Source: Faecousia sp.
Lineage (GTDB): Bacteria > Bacillota > Clostridia > Oscillospirales > Oscillospiraceae
NCBI GenBank assembly: GCA_045533345.1
Contig: JAZSHO010000171.1
Span: 9,323 to 73,322 of the forward strand
Direction: 5' to 3'
DNA: 64,000 nucleotides
Below, in pieces: positions 19,436 to 29,282 of the stretch. The first letter of the stretch is position 1. Every line of letters begins with the position of its first letter. The position numbers and the translations under genes were made by a program. The notes below the pieces were generated by a model. It worked only from the letters and a program-made list of their open reading frames with translations, searched no databases and was not told the DNA's origin.

Positions 19436-19690
19436 TAAAAACCTTCCATCCCACAATCGGGACGAAAGGCATTCCTTCCGCGGTACCACCCGCATTTACC
19501 GCATTCGCGGTACGCTTTTTCGGATGCAGAAACATCCTAGACACTTAACGGAGTCACCCGTCCGTCCCTACTGTACTTTTCAGGCGGCAGCTCCTGGGAG
19601 AAAGCCCGGCATTGTACCCAAGCGGCTCACACCATCCCGCTCTCGCTTTTGTGGCACGTTCAATACAAGGCAGCCCATTCATCGCATTTC
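19436..19690 (-). promoter_or_regulatory. T-box riboswitch (Phe)
   Basis: On the - strand: GAGAG/GGTGTGA Stem I loops, TTC specifier, GGTGGTACCGCG T-box, terminator CCTTTCGTCCC...GGGATGGAAGG-TTTTT; upstream of pheS. Confidence 0.9.
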
Positions 19691-19810
19691 ACATATCCTC
19701 GCCATATTACCATATTCATTCAAAATATGCAAGCAAAATTTAAGTTTCTTGACGAAATTGTAACCTCATGATATGGTTAAATCAGAAAAATCGGAAGGAG
19801 CATAACCAAA

Positions 19811-21322
19811 ATGAAATTCGAAACTCTGGACCAGGCAGTATCTGCCTTGAAAACTTTACAGCAGACCATGTCCGCATATAACCACGCCATGGGCGTTATC
19901 TACCTGGATGCCACCACCGCCGCCCCCAGCGACACATGGGAGGGCCGGGGCAAGACCATGGAGATTCTTTCCAAGGTGGTCTATGACCTCACCGCCAACT
20001 CCGAAAACGGCAAACTCTTTGACTACCTCCTTTCCCACAGGGAAGAACTGGATACCCAGACCCTCCGGGAGGTGGAGGTTCTGAAAAAGAACTTTGACCA
20101 GATGTTCAAAATTCCTGCAGAGGAATATGTTGCTTATTCCGTACTGCTGAACGATGCCCAGAATGTCTGGCACAAGGCCAAGAATGAGGATGATTTTGCC
20201 TCCTTCGCTCCATACCTGGAGAAGATCGTTGCCTACAACAAGAAATTCGCCGGCTATTACAATGCGGAACTGGCTCCCTACGATGCTCTGCTGAACGAAT
20301 ACGAAGAAGGTATGAACATGGTGACCCTGGACGCCTTCTTCGCCCAGCTGCGCAGCGTCATTGTGCCGCTGATCGCTAAGGTGCAATCAGCTCAGCCTAT
20401 TGAGGATGGCTTCCTCTACAAGCATTATCCCATTGCTGACCAGCGGATTTTCTCTGATTATCTGATGGAAGTGATGGGTATGGACCGCAGCCACTGCGGC
20501 ATCGCGGAAACGGAGCATCCCTATACTACCAATTTCAGCAACAAGGATGTCCGCATCACCACCCATTATCATGAGGACAACCTGGTTTCTTCCATGTATT
20601 CCGTTATCCACGAGGGCGGCCATGCGCTGTACGAACTGGGTGCCGATGACTGCTACAACTACACCGCCTTGAGCGGCGGCGTATCCATGGGCATACACGA
20701 AAGCCAGAGCCGTTTCTATGAAAATATCCTTGGCCGCAGCGAAGCCTTTGCCCATGCCATTTTCCCCAAGGTGCAGGAACTGTTCCCGGAGCAGATGGCT
20801 GCAGTGGACGAAACCATGTTCTACCGGGCCATCAACAAGGCCCAGCCCTCTCTCATCCGCACCGAGGCCGACGAACTTACCTATTGCCTTCATGTGATGG
20901 TCCGCTATGAAATCGAGAAGCAGCTCATCGGTGGCACGTTGGAGGTCAAAGATGTACCCGCTGAATGGAAGCGTCTGTACAAGGAATATCTGTGTGTGGA
21001 TGTGCCCAATGACCGGGAAGGCTGCCTCCAGGACAGCCACTGGAGCGGCGGCATGATCGGTTATTTCCCCTCCTACGCACTGGGCAGCGCCTACGGCGCC
21101 CAGATGCTCAGCAAAATGCAGGAGGACCTGGGCGACATCTGGACGGACGTAGCCAATGGTGACCTAAGCAAAGTGACTAACTGGCTGAAAGAGAAAATCC
21201 ACCGCCATGCCAGCTTCAAAAAGCCCGCCGCTCTCTTTGAAGAGGTCTGCGGTAAATTCGACGCCAAATATTTTACCGACTATCTGACGGAGAAGTATAC
21301 AAAGTTGTATGATTTGAACTGA
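19811..21322 (+). CDS. M32 family carboxypeptidase
   Basis: IHEGGHALYE, GIHESQS, IRTEADE, GYFPSYALG. Confidence 0.95.
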   Translation: MKFETLDQAVSALKTLQQTMSAYNHAMGVIYLDATTAAPSDTWEGRGKTMEILSKVVYDLTANSENGKLFDYLLSHREELDTQTLREVEVLKKNFDQMFKIPAEEYVAYSVLLNDAQNVWHKAKNEDDFASFAPYLEKIVAYNKKFAGYYNAELAPYDALLNEYEEGMNMVTLDAFFAQLRSVIVPLIAKVQSAQPIEDGFLYKHYPIADQRIFSDYLMEVMGMDRSHCGIAETEHPYTTNFSNKDVRITTHYHEDNLVSSMYSVIHEGGHALYELGADDCYNYTALSGGVSMGIHESQSRFYENILGRSEAFAHAIFPKVQELFPEQMAAVDETMFYRAINKAQPSLIRTEADELTYCLHVMVRYEIEKQLIGGTLEVKDVPAEWKRLYKEYLCVDVPNDREGCLQDSHWSGGMIGYFPSYALGSAYGAQMLSKMQEDLGDIWTDVANGDLSKVTNWLKEKIHRHASFKKPAALFEEVCGKFDAKYFTDYLTEKYTKLYDLN

Positions 21323-21333
21323 TTTCAAAACTA

Positions 21334-21444
21334 TGTCATCCTGAGCGAGCGAAGCGAGTCGAAGGATCTTCGCATTGATTGGGTTACAAAAGTAAGTTTG
21401 GTGCGTAGATCCCTCGACTTCCTTTCATTCCCCTCGGGATGACA
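21334..21444. repeat. REP-like long inverted repeat
   Basis: TGTCATCCTGAGCGAGCGAAGCGAGTCGAAGGATCT...AGATCCCTCGACT...CTCGGGATGACA. Confidence 0.7.
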
Positions 21445-21474
21445 ACTGCTGTACATGATTTTTGGGTGATATAC

Positions 21475-22323
21475 ATGGTAAAAAATGAACTGAACCAGAA
21501 ATCCGTCTTATCCCTCCTCCCGGACCGGGACCCCTGGGGCCATAAGGGAAGCTTTGGAAAAATCCTGCTGCTCTGCGGAAGCCGTGGCTATACCGGTGCA
21601 GCCTATCTTTCTGCCATGGGCGCGCTGCGCGGCGGTGCGGGACTGGTATTTCTGGGGGTACCGGAAAGCATCTATGCCATCGAGGCGGTGAAACTGAATG
21701 AACCGGTGGTATTCCCGCTTCCCGATAAACATGGAAAACTGAGCGAAGCGGCTATCCCGGAAATTCTGGAACGGCTGCCCAAAATGGATGCGGTCCTCAT
21801 TGGCTGCGGTCTGGGGCAAACGGACGAAACCCTGGCTGTGGTAAAAGCAGTGCTGAAACATGCGACTTGTCCCGTGGTTGTGGATGCCGACGGCATAAAC
21901 GTCTTGTCCGGGCATAAGGATATACTGCGCGGAAGGAAAGCACCCACCGTTGTTACACCCCACGATGGGGAATTTGCCCGGCTGGGCGGCACCATCGGGG
22001 AAGACCGCATGGCCTCTGCCGTAGAATTGGCAAAGGACCTGGGCTGCATCGTATTGCTGAAAGGCCATCGCACCTGCGTCACTGACGGTCTTACCGGATA
22101 CATAAATACCACAGGCAATCCCGGTATGGCAGTGGGCGGCAGCGGTGATGTGCTGGCAGGCATCATCGTAAGCCTTCTGGGACAGGGAATTGCCCCTCTG
22201 GAAGCAGCTGCCTGCGGCGCCTGGCTCCACGGTGCTGCCGGGGACCTTTGTGCCGGGGAAATGGGTCAGTATGGAATGCTGCCAACGGACATGCTGAATG
22301 TACTTCCGCGACTTATGAAATAA
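21475..22323 (+). CDS. nnrD: ADP-dependent NAD(P)H-hydrate dehydratase
   Basis: HKGSFG, VVVDADG, TPHDGEF, GMAVGGSGDVLAG. Confidence 0.92.
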   Translation: MVKNELNQKSVLSLLPDRDPWGHKGSFGKILLLCGSRGYTGAAYLSAMGALRGGAGLVFLGVPESIYAIEAVKLNEPVVFPLPDKHGKLSEAAIPEILERLPKMDAVLIGCGLGQTDETLAVVKAVLKHATCPVVVDADGINVLSGHKDILRGRKAPTVVTPHDGEFARLGGTIGEDRMASAVELAKDLGCIVLLKGHRTCVTDGLTGYINTTGNPGMAVGGSGDVLAGIIVSLLGQGIAPLEAAACGAWLHGAAGDLCAGEMGQYGMLPTDMLNVLPRLMK

Positions 22324-22334
22324 GGCGGGATGTT

Positions 22335-22895
22335 ATGAAACGGGCATTGGCCCTTGTGCTGCTATTGCTGATGCTGGCAGGCTGCAGCACGGAACCAAAG
22401 GAAATTGAGCGTGGCATGGCCCTGCGCTCAAAACTTCTGGCAGCGGAGAATTGCGGCTTTGACGTAAAAATCACAGCAGATTATGGGGACAAGCTCCATA
22501 GCTTTTCCATGGTCTGCCAGGGGGACAACCAGGGAAACCTTACCTTTACCGTTACGGAACCGGAATCCATCGCCGGAATCACCGGAACCATATCCGACGA
22601 GGGCGGAAAGCTGACCTTTGATGATACGGCCCTCCACTTTGAACTGTTGGCAGATGACCAGGTGACCCCGGTCAGCGCCCCCTGGATTTTGCTGAAAACC
22701 CTCCGAAGCGGCTATCTGACCTCTGCCTGCCGGGAGGACGGTCTGCTGCGGCTGACCATTGATGACAGCTATGAAGAGGATGCCCTCCATCTCGACATCT
22801 GGCTGAACGGGGAGAATAAGCCTCTCCGTGCGGATATTCTGTACAAGGAAAGGCGCATCCTGTCGTTGGATGTCACAAATTTCGTCATTTCGTAG
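22335..22895 (+). CDS. Lipoprotein, GerS/YdcC-like (LolA-type)
   Basis: Lipobox LAGC; position between nnrD and mazF matches the ydcC/gerS locus (inference). Confidence 0.6.
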   Translation: MKRALALVLLLLMLAGCSTEPKEIERGMALRSKLLAAENCGFDVKITADYGDKLHSFSMVCQGDNQGNLTFTVTEPESIAGITGTISDEGGKLTFDDTALHFELLADDQVTPVSAPWILLKTLRSGYLTSACREDGLLRLTIDDSYEEDALHLDIWLNGENKPLRADILYKERRILSLDVTNFVIS

Positions 22896-23035
22896 CTTTC
22901 GGGCGAATCTGTGCATAGGATAATTTGCAAGCCTTAAGGTATAAAACCCATATGTCCGTGGGACAATACTGTTACCGCGTTACATATGGAATCATCCGGT
23001 AGCGCTGGCAATGCTATGCACGGAGTGTGAACCAT

Positions 23036-23404
23036 ATGATGGAAGATTCAGTCAAACGGGGGGACATATTTTATGCCGACCTGTCCCCGGTGGTGGGCAG
23101 CGAACAGGGCGGTACCCGCCCTGTGTTAATTGTACAGAACGATACCGGAAATCGCCATTCGCCCACAGTGATTGCCGCAGCCATTACCAGCCAGACAGGA
23201 AAAGCACGGCTTCCCACCCATATCAATATTGCAGGAGGCAGTGTTGGCCTGAGCAAGGATTCCGTGATTTTGCTGGAGCAAATCCGCACCATCGACAAGC
23301 GTCGCCTCCGGGAGCATATGGGACGGCTGGATGAAAAGCAGATGCACCTGGTAGATGATGCCATTGCTGTCAGCTTTGGTCTGCATGATGGCCGCACAAC
23401 GTGA
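23036..23404 (+). CDS. mazF: MazF/PemK (NdoA) endoribonuclease
   Basis: KRGDIFYADLSPVVGSEQGGTRPVLIVQND, SVILLEQIRTIDKRRL. Confidence 0.95.
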   Translation: MMEDSVKRGDIFYADLSPVVGSEQGGTRPVLIVQNDTGNRHSPTVIAAAITSQTGKARLPTHINIAGGSVGLSKDSVILLEQIRTIDKRRLREHMGRLDEKQMHLVDDAIAVSFGLHDGRTT

Positions 23405-23452
23405 ATAGAACGCCCCTCTGCCGCATAAAATTGCGCAGGGGGGCGTTGCTTT

Positions 23453-23830
23453 ATGGATTATGAAGTGTTCTTTGGAAAAGAAAAGGCCGGGAAAGTGCAG
23501 GTACTTCGGGAGGGACTATACTACCGATTCTGCTGCCGGTGCCGGCTGACCGGGGACGTGGTCTGCCGCTTGATGGTCAGCTGCGGAGAAAGACAGGAAA
23601 ATTTAGGGGTTGTGGTTCCCATGGGAGATGCTTTCGGACTGGACAAGCGCATCCCCGTAAAACACCTGGGGGAGGGGGAAATGACATTTTCCCTTATGCC
23701 GAAACATGACCGCATCGGCGGCAAATTCGTTCCCATTTACCCGGAGGAACCCTTTTCCTACATAGCCCGACTGAAGGATGCCTTTCTGACCAGACAGAAC
23801 GGGCAAGTGGGCGCGATTATTCCCGAGTAA
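23453..23830 (+). CDS. Hypothetical protein, possibly sigE-controlled
   Basis: Clean 125-aa ORF; GAATA-N16-CATAAAAT upstream at 23403-23431. Confidence 0.65.
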   Translation: MDYEVFFGKEKAGKVQVLREGLYYRFCCRCRLTGDVVCRLMVSCGERQENLGVVVPMGDAFGLDKRIPVKHLGEGEMTFSLMPKHDRIGGKFVPIYPEEPFSYIARLKDAFLTRQNGQVGAIIPE

Positions 23831-23831
23831 A

Positions 23832-25250
23832 TTAATACTTTCTGGACAGCAGCTTCTCTGCTTCCTCCCGGGTGATCTCGCCGGAGTTGCACTTGGCCAT
23901 GATCTGCACGTCCTTGTCATTCAGATGGTAGAACAGATACAGAATTCCGGCAATCAACAGACCGATGGTGGGAATCAGCGCAAACACGATCCACAGGCCG
24001 TTCAGTGCCTGAGGGCTCTGCTGGATGCCCAGTGCTTCCAGCTCTGCGAAATCGGAGGCATTGACGCTGATCCAGTTAAACAGACCCAGCAGGAACAGAG
24101 CCAGGGAAGAGGAGACTGCTGCGGTGATTTTCACGGAGAAGGTCTGAATGGCGAAGGTGATACCGGTGGCGCTGACACCGGATTTGTACTGGCCATACTC
24201 GGCACAGTCGGGAGTGAACATAAAGGCCAGAACGCCCTGGATGCTGGCGGGAGCAGCCCGGAGGACATTCAGAATGATGAAGAGCATCTGATTTTCCCAG
24301 CCGCAGAAGAAGATGGCGAAGCCGAACAGCACATTCAGCGTGTTGCAGACCATCAGTACCTTCATCTTGTCGTATTTTTTCACAATCTTGGGAGCCAGGA
24401 AAGCGGCCACAAAACCGGGAACGGCGCTGAGGAAGCCCAGCAGCATATTAAAGGTTGCGCTGCCGAAGAGATAGAAGGAAGCAAACAGGGAAACAGCGGT
24501 GGAGGTCTTCATCATATCCATGGCGCAGTAGCCGCCATAGTAGATGCACAGGTATTTGTTGTTCTTCAGATAGTGCCACATCTGTCGGAAGGTGAACCGT
24601 TCCTCCTGGTCCTCGGGGTGGTAGTTCCGCTCCTTGCAGTTGACGCACAGGGGAATCATGCAGATGGTGCTGAAAACGGAGAGGATGACGATGGTCCAGG
24701 TGGCGCTGAGGCCCACCTTTTCGCTGATGAGGACCGTCAGAATCACACCGTACAGACCCTGGCCGATACCGGAATAGATCCGGTTGATGCTGAGCAACTG
24801 GGTACGCTCCTGCAGATTGTCGGTCATAGTGTTCAGCATGGCGTAAGCGGGAGCATCGGTGAGGGTATAGATGGAGTCCCAGATGATGTAAGTGACACCG
24901 AACCAGACAAGCTTTCCGGTTTCACTCAAGGCGCCGGGGATGGAGAAAATGGCAATGGTGGCAAAGGGCATCAGCGCGGTGGATACACGAAGCCAGGGCA
25001 GACTTTTCAGTCCGTTCTTGAACTGGATCCGGTCAAAGAGGAAACCGAACAGGGGATCGTTGATGGCATCCCAGATCTTCACGATCAGCAGCACAACGGC
25101 TACTTTTGTCAGATCGATGCCCTGCATGGCAAGGTAGGTAGAGATAAACGCAGCAGTGATTGCATAGTAAACATTCTGGCCCACAAAATAGGTCCAGTAG
25201 CTTTGCCGTTCCTTGGGGGTCGTCATGTATCCGGCGGGATTTTTACCCAT
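23832..25250 (-). CDS. GPH/MelB-family MFS sugar:cation symporter
   Basis: KIWDAINDPLFG, PDCAEYGQYK; about 12 TM helices. Confidence 0.88.
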   Translation of the reverse strand: MGKNPAGYMTTPKERQSYWTYFVGQNVYYAITAAFISTYLAMQGIDLTKVAVVLLIVKIWDAINDPLFGFLFDRIQFKNGLKSLPWLRVSTALMPFATIAIFSIPGALSETGKLVWFGVTYIIWDSIYTLTDAPAYAMLNTMTDNLQERTQLLSINRIYSGIGQGLYGVILTVLISEKVGLSATWTIVILSVFSTICMIPLCVNCKERNYHPEDQEERFTFRQMWHYLKNNKYLCIYYGGYCAMDMMKTSTAVSLFASFYLFGSATFNMLLGFLSAVPGFVAAFLAPKIVKKYDKMKVLMVCNTLNVLFGFAIFFCGWENQMLFIILNVLRAAPASIQGVLAFMFTPDCAEYGQYKSGVSATGITFAIQTFSVKITAAVSSSLALFLLGLFNWISVNASDFAELEALGIQQSPQALNGLWIVFALIPTIGLLIAGILYLFYHLNDKDVQIMAKCNSGEITREEAEKLLSRKY

Positions 25251-25380
25251 GATAAGATTCCTCCGTTTCAATTGATGTCCTTATTCATGCTAGCATTTTT
25301 AACAGATAAAGTCAACGAAATACGAAGGTATTTATCGAAAAAGTGCAAACAAGGGGACGGCAATGCCGTCCCCTTTGTTG

Positions 25381-26136
25381 TCAAATATCCAGTTCCAGCA
25401 CCACCGGGCAGTGGTCAGAGCCGAGAATCTCGGAATGAATTTCTGCAGCGGTGATTTTATCCGCAACGCGGTTGGATACCAGGAAGTAGTCAATCCGCCA
25501 GCCTGCGTTATTTTTCCGGGCGTTGAAGCGGTAACTCCACCAGCTGTAAGCCCCGGTAAGGTCGGGATACAGATGACGGAAAGAATCCGTAAAGCCTGCA
25601 TCCAGGGTTTTACCGAAGCTTTCCCGTTCCTCGTCGGAGAAGCCTGCGCTTCCACGGTTGGGGCCGGGATTCTTCAAGTCGATCTCCTTATGGGCCACAT
25701 TCAGATCGCCGCAGACAATGACCGGTTTGTTTTTGTCCAGTGTGGACAGATGATTGCGGAAAGCCTCGTCCCATTTCAACCGGTGGTCAATCCGCGCCAA
25801 TTCCTGCTGGGCGTTGGGGGTATAGCAGGTGGCAAGATAGAAATCGGGGTACTCCAGGGTAATCATCCGTCCCTCAGTATCCAGTTCCGGCACGCCTACA
25901 CCATAAATGACGGAAATCGGTTCTTCCTTTGCGAAAATAGCAGTGCCCGAATAGCCCTTCTTTTCGGCGTAGCTCCAGAATTCATGATACCCGGGCAGAT
26001 CCATTTTGATCTGGCCTTCCTGGAGCTTCGTTTCCTGCAGGCAGAAAAAGTCCGCATCCATTTCGTTAAAGTAGTCCATAAAGCCCTTGCCTACACAGGC
26101 GCGCAGGCCGTTTACATTCCAGGAAATAAATTTCAT
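25381..26136 (-). CDS. xth: Exodeoxyribonuclease III / AP endonuclease
   Basis: MKFISWNVNGLR, LQETK, GDLNVAH, GWRIDY, SDHCP. Confidence 0.95.
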   Translation of the reverse strand: MKFISWNVNGLRACVGKGFMDYFNEMDADFFCLQETKLQEGQIKMDLPGYHEFWSYAEKKGYSGTAIFAKEEPISVIYGVGVPELDTEGRMITLEYPDFYLATCYTPNAQQELARIDHRLKWDEAFRNHLSTLDKNKPVIVCGDLNVAHKEIDLKNPGPNRGSAGFSDEERESFGKTLDAGFTDSFRHLYPDLTGAYSWWSYRFNARKNNAGWRIDYFLVSNRVADKITAAEIHSEILGSDHCPVVLELDI

Positions 26137-26624
26137 GGGGATTCCTCCGTTGTGGATTCGATAGGGGTAATGCTGTCGTAAAGCAGCAGATTCTCCCGGT
26201 TCATAGTCACGCTGCGCTCGCCGCATTGGATGGTTACCTGGGAAATGGATTCCCATTCCAGGCATGTCTTGGTCATACAGGCGCAGGCCAGACTGAACCT
26301 GGCATCGGTCATGGACTTTCCGGTATCCGTCAGAACGATCATCAGCTGATCACCCTGCATTTCGGCGGACAGCAGCTTGGTTCCGGAGAACGGGGAAACC
26401 AGGGTCTCGTCCAGAGGGCCGACCAGATACAGCGCCAGAAGGCTTTTTAAATCCGATGCCTTGGCGGATACTTCCCGCTCTTCCGGGGCCACCACTGCTT
26501 CCTGAGTACCATAGGCGTAGTCCGCCCGACAATAATAAAATGTGGTGACATTATTCTCACTGATGCCGCTGCAGCCGCAAAGCAACAGCAAGATACCGAG
26601 AATCAGACAAAATGTGCGTTTCAT
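26133..26624 (-). CDS. GerMN-like domain lipoprotein
   Basis: Lipobox LCGC; LLALYLVGP..LVSPF..TKLLS pattern; coupled to the HK and xth. Confidence 0.7.
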   Translation of the reverse strand: MKRTFCLILGILLLLCGCSGISENNVTTFYYCRADYAYGTQEAVVAPEEREVSAKASDLKSLLALYLVGPLDETLVSPFSGTKLLSAEMQGDQLMIVLTDTGKSMTDARFSLACACMTKTCLEWESISQVTIQCGERSVTMNRENLLLYDSITPIESTTEESP

Positions 26625-28081
26625 TCTTTGTCCACCTCCGTATCAAAAGCAGGGAAGGTGACGGTAAAAGTGGTTCCCTGATCGGGAATGCTTTCTACTG
26701 CAATCTCGCCTCTGTTTCGCTGGGCAATGGCCCGGACAATGGCAAGGCCCAGACCGCTGCCGCCGGTCTGACGGGAGCGGGCTTTGTCCACCCGGTAGAA
26801 TCGTTCGAAGATGTGGCCGATGGCATCCTCGGGAATGCCCATGCCCGTATCCCGGACGGTCAGCACAGCATTGTCCTCCTGCCGCAGAAGGGATACATAC
26901 AGATGTCCGCCGGAAATGTTGTATTTAATGCCGTTTTCCATCAGATTGAACACGATCTGATACAGATCATCTTCCAGAATCAGAATGGGACAGTCGTTAT
27001 CCAGGGCCATGTGAATGGTAATGTTTGCTTCTTTTGCCATGGGACGAAGCATCCGGTGAACGCGGCGCACTGTGGGGGCCATGTAAATGATTTCGCTGTC
27101 CTGGAGTGTTTGACCGTCAATTTTGGTCAGGGACAGAAGCTTGGCGGTCATGCGGTTCAAACGGTCCGCCTCGTTGCCGATGTCACCGACAAATTCCCGG
27201 ACGGTTTCCATATCCATATCATTTTGCAAAATGGAATCCGTCAGCAGCTTGATGGAAGCCAGGGGCGTTTTCAGCTCGTGGGAAGCATCAGAAACAAAGC
27301 GGCTGCGCTTTTGCTCCGAAGTCTGCAGACGTTCCGTCAGATCATTAAACTCATTGCCAAGAACTGTCAGCTCATCGCTACCGCCCATCTGGACCTTATG
27401 GCTGTAATCTCCCTGCTGAATGATCCGCATGGAAGCCATGATCTTTTTCAGTCTGTGAGAAAAGGCAGAGGAGAAGGCCAGAGAGAACAGGGTAACGATG
27501 ATCTCCAGCACCAGGGTAACCTGCAGGACGTTTTTCTGCAGGGATTGGATCAGCGTGCCCTGGGAGGTATCATACTCTGTCATATATACGCAGCCAATAA
27601 TGGTGCCATAATACACGATGGGGGTGGCGGCACGGGAATCCATGATACCATCATAGTAATGCCAGGAGAAAGCGTTGTTGCCTACAGGGGCATCCGGGGA
27701 GACCTCCAGGGCGTTCAGAACCTCCGGAAGCAGGATGTAGTTGCCCAGGTCGGTGCCGTTACTGTCGTAAAGGGCGATACCGCTTTGATCGGTGACGATC
27801 ATACGGGTGACCTTCAAACTTTCCAGCTGATTGAGCAGACCCGTAATGGTTGAGGGATTGACCACTTCCAAAGAGGAAATCTCATCGGCAGCCAGATGGC
27901 ATTTTTCGATCATGCTGGTTTCTTTGTTCAGATAGAACAGTCGTTGGCTGGCATTGGAGCAGTAAATGTTCAAAAAGAGCAGCACAATAAACGTGATGAC
28001 AACGTAGGTCATCGCGTAGCGAAATTGCGTATTGCCATAGCCCCGATAGCGGGTCTTTTTACTTGCGGAAGTAATAGCCAA
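26621..28081 (-). CDS. Sensor histidine kinase (HAMP, HisKA, HATPase)
   Basis: FVSDASHELKTPL, NLMENGIKY, FERFYRVDKARSR, GSGLGL. Confidence 0.93.
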   Translation of the reverse strand: MAITSASKKTRYRGYGNTQFRYAMTYVVITFIVLLFLNIYCSNASQRLFYLNKETSMIEKCHLAADEISSLEVVNPSTITGLLNQLESLKVTRMIVTDQSGIALYDSNGTDLGNYILLPEVLNALEVSPDAPVGNNAFSWHYYDGIMDSRAATPIVYYGTIIGCVYMTEYDTSQGTLIQSLQKNVLQVTLVLEIIVTLFSLAFSSAFSHRLKKIMASMRIIQQGDYSHKVQMGGSDELTVLGNEFNDLTERLQTSEQKRSRFVSDASHELKTPLASIKLLTDSILQNDMDMETVREFVGDIGNEADRLNRMTAKLLSLTKIDGQTLQDSEIIYMAPTVRRVHRMLRPMAKEANITIHMALDNDCPILILEDDLYQIVFNLMENGIKYNISGGHLYVSLLRQEDNAVLTVRDTGMGIPEDAIGHIFERFYRVDKARSRQTGGSGLGLAIVRAIAQRNRGEIAVESIPDQGTTFTVTFPAFDTEVDKE

Positions 28082-28739
28082 CGCCCCATTTCGTCAGAAT
28101 GTATTTGGGCTCCGCAGGATTTTCCTCCAGCTTCTCCCGCAGACGGCGGATATGGACGTCCACGGTTCGGATGTCGCTGCGGTATTCGTAAGCCCAGATG
28201 GTATCCAGCAGCGCCTCCCGGGAGTAAACCCGGTTGGGATTGCGCATCAAAAATTCAATCACGTCAAATTCCTTGGCAGTCAGATCTACCAGCACACCGC
28301 TGCGGTATGCATTCCGGGCGTCCAGATCCAGGCTGATGCTGCCGATGGTCAGATCGTTGCCGCTGGCCTTCTTTTCCGAGGCACCGGCCCGGCGAAGCAG
28401 CGCCCGGATCCGGGCCTTCAGTTCCAGAATATTGAAAGGCTTGGTCAGATAATCATCAGCACCATGCTCAAAGCCCATCAGTTTGTCCATGTCGTCGGTT
28501 TTAGCGGTGAGCAGGATGATGGGCACATTGGAAAATTCCCGGATCTTGGCGCAGGCGGTCATGCCGTCCATGTTGGGCATCATTACGTCCAGAACCACAA
28601 GATCGGGATTCTGCTCCTGCACCTTGGCCACGGCTTCCAGACCGTCGGAGCCGGTAATGACATCATAGCCTTCGTTTTGCAGATTAAAGCGAATGCCTTT
28701 GACAAGCAAAGCCTCGTCATCAACCACAAGTATTTTCAT
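28059..28739 (-). CDS. OmpR-family response regulator, WalR-like
   Basis: KILVVDD, LDVMMP, RTVDVHIRRLREKLE, WGVGY. Confidence 0.92.
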   Translation of the reverse strand: MKILVVDDEALLVKGIRFNLQNEGYDVITGSDGLEAVAKVQEQNPDLVVLDVMMPNMDGMTACAKIREFSNVPIILLTAKTDDMDKLMGFEHGADDYLTKPFNILELKARIRALLRRAGASEKKASGNDLTIGSISLDLDARNAYRSGVLVDLTAKEFDVIEFLMRNPNRVYSREALLDTIWAYEYRSDIRTVDVHIRRLREKLEENPAEPKYILTKWGVGYYFRK

Positions 28740-28743
28740 AGGA

Positions 28744-29169
28744 TCAACCTCCAATTGCAACAAGATCATAGATGGCTTCCAGCCGTTTTTCTCCGATGCC
28801 CTGTATGTTTAAAAGCTGCTCCACATAGGTAAAACTACCCACAGCAGCCCGATAATCCAGAATCCGTTGGGCGTAGACTTCGCCGATGCCGGGCAGGGCA
28901 ATCAGTTCCTCCAGGGAAGCGGTATTCAAATCAATGGGAAACACCACCGGCGGCTGTGTTTCTGCGGCAACCGTATCCGCGAAGGCGGATTCTTCCTGCG
29001 CTTTGATCCCGGTGGGAAGGGCAAGGCTTACTTGAGGCGCAGTTACTTCCGCGGGTACGGAAAGCTGCACATCACCGGGGGCTTGATTCCGTCCCAGATA
29101 GAAACCCAGTGTAAACGCAAGAAAAACCAGCGTTACCGTCACCAAAATGGGGAATTGCGGTTTTTTCAT
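28744..29169 (-). CDS. comEA: ComEA-family HhH DNA-binding membrane protein
   Basis: N-terminal TM; [36 protein letters not shown]. Confidence 0.88.
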   Translation of the reverse strand: MKKPQFPILVTVTLVFLAFTLGFYLGRNQAPGDVQLSVPAEVTAPQVSLALPTGIKAQEESAFADTVAAETQPPVVFPIDLNTASLEELIALPGIGEVYAQRILDYRAAVGSFTYVEQLLNIQGIGEKRLEAIYDLVAIGG

Positions 29170-29282
29170 GAGATGAATCCTCCCGCATTGACTAGAAAGA
29201 CAAAAGCTGTTATAATATAGACCATTATACACGACTTTTTTCTGCCGGACAAGTCCGGCAATGCAATATTGGGTGAGATTTT

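Noticed and set aside
22896-23035. Hidden antitoxin ORF or forespore promoter before mazF
   Set aside because: There is no ORF with a credible RBS, and the sigF/sigG-like half-sites have non-consensus spacing.
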